In this document: in pieces, positions 41,406 through 50,464 of the stretch
Layout: each line of letters begins with the position of its first letter
Position numbering within the stretch: the stretch's first letter is position 1
Origin: Pelagomonas calceolata
Lineage: Eukaryota
Reading direction: 5' to 3'
Assembly: GCA_918797485.1 (NCBI GenBank)
Contig: CAKKNE010000002.1
Coordinates: 4,402,001-4,466,000, forward strand
DNA length: 64,000 nucleotides
Notes under the pieces: generated by a model
Databases searched by the model: none
What the model saw: the letters and a program-made list of their open reading frames with translations, nothing else
What the model was told of the DNA's origin: nothing
Program-made: the position numbers and the translations under genes

Positions 41406-43581
41406 ATGGTCAAGGACGACACGGGCCCGGCCGTGTCGACGCGGAAGCGCAAGGCCGAGGAGGAGCACGTCCAGCCGCTCGGTGCGTACTGCAGCGTCTG
41501 AAACATCACCGCGGGGGCGCGGACGGCGCGGCCGTGAGAGAGAGTCGCTGCGGTCGCGTCGACGCCGTCGCCGCGACACACATGGAAACCCGTCGCATCC
41601 GCGCAGACCTCGGCAAGGAGCAGGCCGACCCGCGCGCGCCCGGCGCGCCCGCGGCGCAAAAAGCGGACTGGGCCGACAAGTACAAGCAGACGGGATTGAA
41701 GCCCGAGGGCTTGCGGCAGGCCTACGACGGTGATCCCACGGGTGCCATGGGGTTGATGGAGCACCGAATTGCTTCAAGGCATTTAACAGTAACAAACGCC
41801 ACTCCCCACAAGATCCACTTCTCGCTGGAAGTCGGCGAGGTCTGGGACTGGGAGATGATGCACCCTTCTACCTCACATACGTTCCCTACCAGACGGAGAC
41901 TGCCCTTCGCTTGTTCGAGCTTCACGTCGAAGGAGCACTACCACGAGCATGCCGCGTACCTAGAGTCGGTACCGAGGGACGACACGCCGCCCATCTACAA
42001 GATCGTAGCCGTCGGGAAGGACGGCGACCACAAGCTCGTGAATAGTGACGGCGACGCGTGCCCGACGGAGGCTCCTGACGAGTCTGATTTGATGGCCATG
42101 ACGATCGCGGAGCTGGAATTGCAGACGAAGCCGCCGCCGCCTCCCACACCTCCGCCCGACGACCCCGACGACAAGAAGACGTTTACTGCCGCGAAGCTCA
42201 AAAGTGCGAAGAAGGCTCTGGACGACGCGGAAAAGCTCCCGGAAAAAACGGACAAGGAGCAGCGCATCAAGGCTCGCATCGTCCGCCAGACGACGCACGC
42301 CCACGAGCAGGCCAAGAAGGCCAATGAGCATGCCATAAAATTCAGCGACGACTTCGAGAAGAAGAAGAAGGAACGGTCCGCGACTCGGCGTAGGAATTGC
42401 CCTTGAACTTGTGGTCGCGTCGCGATGCCTCGACGCCGTCGACGTGGCCGTCGGAGCGTCCACGCGTCGCGCGAGAGAGCTACGACGGCGTCGGTCGCGT
42501 CGATGGCGTCTTCATGAGACCACGCCGCCTCCACGTCGTCGTTCCACGCAGGGAGGACGCCGCCGAGAAGAAGGTCAAGGACGCCCGGGACCTGCTCGAG
42601 CAGGCCGAGAAGCGCCAGAAGGAGGCGGAAGCCCTACCTGAAGGTACGGATCCCGAGGCCGCGGCGAAGGCGTCGCAGCACGCGAAATGTGCCATGACAA
42701 TCAAAGGCTGCAAGAAGCAGGTCGACGCGGCGCTGGCGGACCAGAAGAAGGTCGCGGACGTCGAGGTGTCGCGGCAGTTGGAGCGAAAAGTGGAACAGAC
42801 GTCTCGAGCCGTAGATCGCCTGAAGAAGGATCTTGATCAAGCAGAAAAATTACCGGACGATAGTGCGAAGGAGAAGAAGGCCAAGACCAAAGCTGTGGAT
42901 AAGGCCAAGAAGGACCTGGAAAAAGCTAAATCGGAGAACGAGGTCGCGGTCAAGGCTCGCGACAAACCGATCCAAGAGGCTCTGCAGCGACGCATCGACA
43001 AGTGCCAGAAACTAATCGACGAGGCGGAGAAGATGCCCGAGACCAATGATCAAGAAAAACAAATGAAGCTGCATCGCATCGAGCAGTGCAAGCGCGCCAA
43101 GGCGAAGGCCGAGAAAGAGAGGGACAAGGCCTTCCCGAAGCCGAAGGAGGCGCCCGCGCCGGCGCCGGCGCCCGCGCCTGCTGCTGCCGACGCCAAGGTC
43201 AAGGAGGAGAAGACGGACGGCGACGGCGACGCGAAGATGGCCGAGGCGCCCGCGCCCTCCGAAAGTGTCGCGGAGGGGCGGCCGCGGCGCGGCGCGGCGA
43301 CGCCGAAGGCCGAGGCGCCCGCACCTGCTGCTGCGAATGGCGACGCGTCTCCCGAGAAGGAGGAGGCGCCGGCGCCGGCGCCTCGAAGCACGCGGCCGAA
43401 GCGCGGCCGCGCGGCGCGCGAGGAGTCCGAGGCGCCGGCACCGGCCGCGGCGGAGGAGGAGGGCGGCGACGACGAGGAGGAGGAAGAGGAGGAAGAGGAG
43501 GAGGCGCCGCGGCGGCGGCCGACGCGGCGCGCGGCCTCCGCAGCCAAACAACGGACGGCGGACATGATGGACACGAGCTGA
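41406..43581 (+). CDS. Lys/Glu-rich coiled-coil protein; join(41406..41481,41607..42375,42552..43581)
   Basis: Two GT-AG introns join three frames; internal AEKLPE..DKE repeats; acidic tail. Confidence 0.7.
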
Positions 43582-43925
43582 TGATGTTCCCGCCGTCCCT
43601 ACGTTATCTAACCACCCCCGCGACTGGCTTCGGGGTGAGAAATAAAAATACAAAAGTAACTGGCAGTGTCGGCGTGAGCGTTACTGAAGCTTTCTTAGCT
43701 AGGCCGTGTCCGAGTCCGCGTGACCGTACGCCCGCGGGCCCGATGTATCATATATGCGCCCTTATATTTATCACCACACAGGACGACGCCTGGTCTCTCG
43801 CTACGCGATAGTATTGTATAAAATATATATATGTAGTATTATACCTACGGTACCTATACTGGCATGTAGTAGCTGGTACCCATACCTATGGCTCTACGCT
43901 TTTTTAGTTGTGCGCGGCCTCGCGA

Positions 43926-44216
43926 ATGCCATTCCCGCGGCGCGTTTACGACCCGCCGCCCGCGACCAACGAGGAGATCGCGATCGTACTGCGGAAGCTC
44001 CAGATCTGGCGGAAAGAGCTCAAGGGACTACTCATTAGCATTACGCCACGCAACACCCCGACCGAGCTTATTGCCCATATCCTCGGCTTTGTCGGCTTCG
44101 ATCCCCCTCAAGAGTTATCAAAGGAGGAGCGGAAACTCACGCTCACAGAGTGTCGCGACCCGACGCGCGCTCGGCTGATCTACGTTTGCATCTACGTTTA
44201 TTTACAACCAGCTTAA
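43926..44216 (+). CDS. Short hypothetical ORF ending 2 bp before the next ATG
   Basis: ATG-initiated 96-aa ORF; PTELIAHILGF. Confidence 0.4.
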   Translation: MPFPRRVYDPPPATNEEIAIVLRKLQIWRKELKGLLISITPRNTPTELIAHILGFVGFDPPQELSKEERKLTLTECRDPTRARLIYVCIYVYLQPA

Positions 44217-44218
44217 AC

Positions 44219-44984
44219 ATGGCCCTCTCCACGGTGCGCCGAGCGGCATTTGTCACTCTGGACCTCCAGCCCTTAATATGCTCGTTCATGGACGACGGCC
44301 AGCGCGACGCCCTCGTCTCGCGTGTGAACAAGACCATGGCGCAAGCGCGCGCCCACAACGTGCCGATCGCGCACGTGAGAGTAGCGTTCCAGCCCGGGCA
44401 CCCTGAAATTCACGAGAGCCATCCGATCATGGGCCCCGCGAAGCAAGGAAACGTGTTGGCGCGGCCGCGGCGTCAACTTAAGCGTCGGGACCGCGCGTCG
44501 ACGGCGTCTCGCTAAAAAGGATCCACTCAGGTTGACGGCACGCCGGAAGCGGCGCTACTCCCAGAGCTCGACCGCGACGCGAGCGAGCCGGTTTTCACCA
44601 AGGTTCGTGTCAACGTTTTGCCCGTGTGGAAATCAAGCGGGAGTCGTCAGTGTGGGGCGCCTGTCAGTGAGTTTGATTTCCACACAGGCATTCACGACGA
44701 CGGGCCTCGCGTCCTGGGTCTCGGCGCACCAGACGACGGAGCTCGTCATGTGCGGCGTCGCCACGGGCCTGGTGGTATTGAAGACGGCCGTCCACGCCAT
44801 CGACCAGGATTTGGAAGTGACTGTGCTGTCGGATCTGTGCGTCGACGCAGACCAAGCACGCCACGACGCGTGCATGGACGCCGTCTTCCCGACGCTCGCG
44901 CGGGTCATGCCCAGCGACGAGTGGCTGGCGACGCTCGGTTCCCCGCAGAAGACCGCCGCCGGCGCGCTGCGAGGACTCCTCTAG
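44219..44984 (+). CDS. Isochorismatase-family hydrolase; introns about 44459-44530 and 44615-44687
   Basis: VTLDLQ, VPIAHVRVAF, spliced K.RVNAFTTTGL, CGVATGLVVLKTA, VLSDLC. Confidence 0.8.
44615..44687 (+). mobile_element. Short Introner-like intron
   Basis: TIR CCGTGTGGAAATCAA and TTGATTTCCACACAG; TSD decayed. Confidence 0.68.
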
Positions 44985-44992
44985 GAGAAAAT

Positions 44993-47103
44993 CTAGAACT
45001 TAAAGTCGTCCTTCTCCTTGCGCCGCTTCGCCGCCTTGCCGCGCGACGCGTCAATTTTTCTTTTCTGAGCCGACGTCCCCTCCGCTAGAGCCTCGCCGAC
45101 CCCGGCGTCGGCCTTGGCCCGGCCCCCCTCATACGCATCTCGCAGCGCGTTCTGGTCACCCGCCTCCTCCGGATCTATGGAAGCCTGGACCCCACTGACG
45201 TTGTAGCGCTTGTCGCTCGCGAAGAGCGTCCCCGCCTGCCTTGCTGACGCCTTGCCCTCATCCAAGACCTGGTAAAGGGGCTGCTCCGGCGTCTCGCTAC
45301 CAGCTCTTTTACGTAAATCGATCGACTGCGGCGTTTCCAAGCCAGACGACTGCATGCCACTCACAACGGACGAGGCCCCGTCCAGGGGCGTTTCTATACC
45401 AGAGGTCTCCGACGCGTCGGAAGAAGACACCTCCTCGCGTCTAGGTGGCTGCACCGTGCGAGCAGCAAACTCCTCGCCTCCCACCGCTTCAAACCCTTCG
45501 TCCTCGTCATAGTCGTCCTCGTCATCTTCATCCGGCAATTCCCCCCAATGCCCACCGGTATCTTCCGGTCGGAACGACTCTTCGGGAGCCGTTTGCTGGG
45601 CCCCGAAGACATCCCCATACAAGGGTCTCCCATACTCGTCGACCGGCGGTTTCCCCCAGCCTCCGGGGTGATACCCGAACGACGCGCCCTCGGGAATGGG
45701 CGCGTTCAGCCCGGCAACCCGCAAATTCGGGTAGGACGGGGGAGGACCATACCTCTGCATGTTGATGAGCCAGGGTGGAGGCGCGCCCTCGGGCATCCCC
45801 AATGCCGCTTTGAGTGAAGCCGACAAAAACCCGGGTCGCTTCTCCTTCAGATGCACTTCAAATTCCTTGCCCTCGTAGTAGACCTCGCCTGCGTGGCACG
45901 GACGCCCTCGCGAAGTAGACTCTCTGACGGCCACGCCGACGGCGCCGAGGCGACGCGGCGATGGCGTGGCGGTGGTGTAGCTCTCGCAGGCACGCCATCG
46001 CCGAGGCGGCGTGACAGCGCGTCGACGCCATCGCCGCGACATGGCAAGTTCAAGTTCATTAACAACACTGGGTCAGCACCCGGACCGGACAGCGGCGGCT
46101 TCGTCTGCCACTTAAAAAACGCGTCGTGCAGGACCTGGTAGTCGACGTCCATGCGGCCCATTTTGGGGGCGACGCGGTCCCGCTGCTTCGCGGCGACCTT
46201 CTTCTGCTCGTTGGCCTCTTCCACTGCTCTTCTGATCTCTCGATGCCTACGTGGTACACGGGGTGAGATGTGCATTTTCACGTGAATCGTATGGGTGTAT
46301 GGGGTTTGGACTCGAACCGAAGCTCTCGATCACTCCCGTCGCCGTTTTTTACAGCAAGGGCGCTCAGACAGGGATAACTGTTTGATGCGTGATTTTCGTC
46401 ATCGTCCTCTCCTACCTCCAAGCCATCGAGCCGACGCGGCCACGGGGCCGACGTCGCGTCGATGGCGTGGGCGCACGAATAGACAACACTGACGCATACC
46501 GGTCTGGGCGATGTACTCGGGGAGCTGGAACGGTTTTTTTTCCACGCCCCGTTTCCCTTGTAAGAATTTTCGTTTGTGGCACCAGTGTCGAGGCACGGGC
46601 ACCGTATTCCGGTAGGACTTCAGGAACACCAATAACCGCGGGTCCGAGGCCGTGACGTCGTGCGCCTCGACGGCCTCCGGCCGCGCGACGACTTGTTTCA
46701 ACTCCGCCACCGTCATGCGCGACATGGCCTTGCGCTGCTTCCGCGATAGTCTTTTTTCCGGGGCCTCGTCCTCGTCCACGTCATCTGTAGCTTTCTCTGC
46801 AGCTGGTGCCTCAGCAGCTTCCTCCACTTGATCAGTAGTTAATTCTTCGGCGGACGCGAACTTCGCGAACACGTCCTTGAACAACGACGCGGCGGCGTCC
46901 GCATCATAAGCCGCGGAGACGTACTCAACCACCACGTTTTCTTTCTTCGGAGGTGCTGGTGCGGGCGGCGGCGCGGCGGGCTCGTTATTTTTAGCCGCGC
47001 GTTGCTGCTTCTTCTTGAGGCGCTTCTTCTGGTTCTTTGTTAAGACTACGCGTTTCGGCTTGGCCGCGCCGCCTCCATTATTGGTTTTGGGGCCGCCAGC
47101 CAT
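44993..47103 (-). CDS. SF3B2: Splicing factor 3B subunit 2; introns 46247-46499 and 45889-46079; apparent 1-nt frameshift near 46240
   Basis: VPVPRHWCHKRKFLQGKRG, DYQVLHDAFFKWQ, PPPWLINMQRYGPPPSYP, GYHPGGWGKPPVDE. Confidence 0.92.
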
Positions 47104-47268
47104 GGCGCGTCGCCGCCTGGCGGGCGGGGCTGTCTGCTTTTTTGGCCCACGTATGCGATGCGGCGACTGGCGTAGGCCAAGACCAGCGTCACAGTGGTGC
47201 CGTGTGCGCTGTAGGGGCGTTGGTGCTGCTCTGGCTGGCTCGTAGGGCCGCCTCGCGCATCGACGCTG

Positions 47269-47291
47269 GCTAGCGGCAGTAAGATACTAGC
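47269..47291 (-). promoter_or_regulatory. CTAG-bounded motif copy (GCTAGTATCTTACTGCCGCTAGC)
   Basis: Minus-strand match in a divergent spacer. Confidence 0.72.
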
Positions 47292-47464
47292 AAGCATACT
47301 TGGTTTTAAGCTGCGGCCGCTCGCGTCAAATAGAACTGCCTCCCAGCAAGAGAAAGAGAGCTCTAGGCAACCTCCAGGGCCTCCTTCGTGGAACGCACCA
47401 TCGTCTTCGCATCGCTTCCGCCGCGAGCCGAGCACAGCAGCGCTGCAGCCGAACGCGCGCGGCA

Positions 47465-49771
47465 ATGATGGCGCGCGAGCACGGCTCACGAATACTGAAT
47501 TGGTGGCGACGATTGCGGACCTGCGACCGCCTCGCGCTATGTGTAGCATTCATTCTCGCCGCGGCATTGGTAAGAGAAATGCCGGTGTCGAGCGACGACG
47601 GCGGCACGGCCGCCTGGGACGCGCCTCCACAACCGTATGACGCGGCACGAGCGAAAAAGCAACTCTGGGGCGGCTCCAACGCCACTCGTTTACCAACGGT
47701 CGCCGCGTGCGCGCGCGTGCGGAATGAAGGACCTTACTTAAAAGAGTGGATCGAGTTCCACCTGTTGACGGGCATGTCGCACTTCTACATCTTCGACGAC
47801 GCGTCGTCTGATAACACTCGAGAAGTGTTACAACCTTACGTACAACGAGGTATTGTACGATTATGGTCCGTCCAGGAGAAGTGCCCAAAGCACCGGGAAG
47901 AGATCTGCGTGAGTCGTGAGCACGACGCGGAACATGGGGAGAGGGGTTTTCGCGACGAGTGCCTGCGGTTCAACCCCGATGGGGCGGCCTGGGTCGCGGC
48001 GATCGACGTCGACGAATTCCTCTACCCGAGCGCGGGCACGTCGCTGCCGCAGCACCTCGCGCAGAACTGCGCTCCTTCCTTAGCCTATGCTTTGGTGCGG
48101 TGGAAGGTCTTCGGGAGTGGTGGGTATCGAAGGAAGCCCGCCGGCACGTCCGTCGATGCGTACCGAGCGCGATCCGTTTCTGATGATACGGGATGCTATC
48201 CTCGCCTTACTTGTGGCGACGAATATGCTCCCCCAGTTTGTGCCAAAGTCATCGCGCGAGCGAAGTGCGTCCAGAAACAAGGCACGCACTACGTCGTCCA
48301 AGCTGACGGGTGCGAGTCGATATATGCACCAGAGGGTAGTGGCAGGGGCATCGGCAAGCTCGCCGCGCCTCTTTCTACGGATTTCGCGCGAAGTCAACAC
48401 GCGACATGCTCAGCGCCTTTACGATTGAACCACTACGCCGTGCGATCACGAGAAGAATACGTCCAGAAATTCTCGCGAGGGCGGATCTCGTCCGGTGCTA
48501 GAGATACAAAAAAAGGCATCGCGACGCGCGGCCCGAACGGCGGCTATCTCCGAGAGGTCGATGAGAGGGACCGGGAGGACTTCATCGACGCTGAGGTAAT
48601 ACCCAAAGAAACGCGGGCCTCGAAGTTAACGAGTACGAAGGATTTGATGCTAGCTGAATTTGCTCGTAGGGATTTCAGTACGGTCTTGGACGAGGGCGCG
48701 GCGGTCAAGTACGGTGCTCGACTACGCGATAAGCTGGGGGCGCCTTCACTCTCAGATCATCAGACGTGGGCCTGTTCAGACACCAGTCGAGATAGTGCTT
48801 CCCTGGAAGCGGCTCGAGTGTGGCATCATCTCACACCGATCACGCATGAAAAGGGCCTGTTCATTCACATCCCGAAGACCGCGGGCACTTCATTAAATTC
48901 GATACTGAGGGAGGCGTCTGTCAGAGAAAAAAAGACGTTCTGCGAGCTTTCATTTAAGGAGCTGGACGACCGGTCTTCGAGGTTTCGCCGGGCGAGGAGC
49001 TGCCATTTGGTGAGCGCGGAGACGGACGTCTCGGCACTGCTCCAGTGGCCGTCGCGCAAAACGGTCGCGGCGTTCACGTTTCTCAGGGATCCCCTGTCCA
49101 GAGCGGTGTCGCAGGTCGAGCACCATAGATCCGTGGGCGGCCGCATTAATGAACAAGGGGATCCCCGCACGACTCTCGTGAGGCTCGTGTCGCCGAATTT
49201 GTGTCCTCAATTAGAACGTGACGCGCGGTGTCGGTTCCTGAGGCATCCCGCAAAATGCTTGGCCGGGGGCTGGTGCGGCCTCTTCCAGAACCACCAAACG
49301 CAAATCCTGGCTGGCGCTTTACATGTGTCCGAGGAGGCGCGCGGGGCGGTCCGTAGAAGTGGAGAGAATTTGTTGTGTGCCGCGAAACGATCGTTGGCCG
49401 CCCTACCGGTCGTAGGACTGACAGAAAGGTTGGCGGACTCGCTCTGCTTGGTGTTTGATGCGCTGGGGTACCACAAAACATATAAGGACTGCTGCGTGCA
49501 CAAAAAATGTTCGTTACTGGATCGGCGGGAGACGCGGCATTCTGGGGCAGCTAGAGGCAACGCGTCCTACTCGGCGTCCTACTTTTCGGATGATGTTTTA
49601 TTGGCGGCTTTGTACGAGGGCAACGCCCTCGACTGCGCGTTGTACGCGGCGGCGGCGGAGAGATTGGGAAGCGACCTCGCGAAGCTCCGGCCGCGGGCGG
49701 CGCCCGTCCCTGCTTATTCCGCGCGGTGCCGGCGCGGGGAATTGGCGCTGCGGCGGCTGCGGGGGTACTAG
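47465..49771 (+). CDS. Type II membrane glycosyltransferase (GT92/GT2-like) fused to a sulfotransferase domain
   Basis: RNEGPYLKEWIEFH, DDASSD, IDVDEF, LNHY; FIHIPKTAGTS and FLRDPLSRAVS PAPS-binding motifs. Confidence 0.8.
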   Translation: MMAREHGSRILNWWRRLRTCDRLALCVAFILAAALVREMPVSSDDGGTAAWDAPPQPYDAARAKKQLWGGSNATRLPTVAACARVRNEGPYLKEWIEFHLLTGMSHFYIFDDASSDNTREVLQPYVQRGIVRLWSVQEKCPKHREEICVSREHDAEHGERGFRDECLRFNPDGAAWVAAIDVDEFLYPSAGTSLPQHLAQNCAPSLAYALVRWKVFGSGGYRRKPAGTSVDAYRARSVSDDTGCYPRLTCGDEYAPPVCAKVIARAKCVQKQGTHYVVQADGCESIYAPEGSGRGIGKLAAPLSTDFARSQHATCSAPLRLNHYAVRSREEYVQKFSRGRISSGARDTKKGIATRGPNGGYLREVDERDREDFIDAEVIPKETRASKLTSTKDLMLAEFARRDFSTVLDEGAAVKYGARLRDKLGAPSLSDHQTWACSDTSRDSASLEAARVWHHLTPITHEKGLFIHIPKTAGTSLNSILREASVREKKTFCELSFKELDDRSSRFRRARSCHLVSAETDVSALLQWPSRKTVAAFTFLRDPLSRAVSQVEHHRSVGGRINEQGDPRTTLVRLVSPNLCPQLERDARCRFLRHPAKCLAGGWCGLFQNHQTQILAGALHVSEEARGAVRRSGENLLCAAKRSLAALPVVGLTERLADSLCLVFDALGYHKTYKDCCVHKKCSLLDRRETRHSGAARGNASYSASYFSDDVLLAALYEGNALDCALYAAAAERLGSDLAKLRPRAAPVPAYSARCRRGELALRRLRGY

Positions 49772-49793
49772 TGTAAGCCTGTTGGATGAGTAG

Positions 49794-49976
49794 TTAAGAA
49801 CCCCCGGGCGACGACAATGGGAAGGCGTCGAGCACCTGTCGCACATCTCCCAGGTGACTCGCAATCTGCGCTACGAGCGGGTGCGCGCCGCCCAGTACGC
49901 GCCGTGCGGTCCGTTCTGTCTCCTCGAGCGTCTTCACGGCCTCGCGGAGATCGTCGGGCGTCGCGCCGTCGTCCCT
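49794..49976 (-). pseudogene. 3' fragment of a TPR-like family gene (DDGATPDDLREAVKTLEETERTARRVLGGAHP...*)
   Basis: Manual translation matches the C-terminus of the 34374 gene; no 5' part. Confidence 0.65.
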
Positions 49977-50407
49977 CGCGAATATACGGGCCGGACCACG
50001 AGAATACGATTATCGACGCCATAAACCTAAGCGAATCGTTAATCGCCGCGAAACTCTTCAAAGAAGCCAAGTCATTCCTACGCGAGAAGATCCGTGTGGC
50101 GCTGCGCACCCGTGACGACCGAAACGAGTTTGTACTGGATCTCCGAGCCAACTACGCACGGGCAATATACCGCGACACGAGCAGCTCACGTGGTGCTGTG
50201 CACGATGCGGTGGCGATCATAGAGGACGTCGTACGTACGAGCCGGCGGGTCTATGGAATTCGACACCCTTTCTTCGCTGAATACCAACAGGATTTGGAAA
50301 GGGCCCGCATGCGCCTGGCCGACGACGAGTCGCGAGAAGCCCTCGCCGCGCCCGCGCCGCCGACGCTCCGCCGCCGACGCCGTCGACGCGCCCCGAGCAG
50401 TAACTAG
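49977..50407 (+). pseudogene. 3' fragment of a TPR-like family gene (IYGPDHENT...AVAIIEDV...RRVYGIRHP)
   Basis: Same family module; lacks its own start and N-terminus. Confidence 0.55.
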
Positions 50408-50464
50408 CTTGAGTTTCACTGTCGCGGCGACAGGCGTGGAGACGTGCGTGGAGGAGACTCAAGA

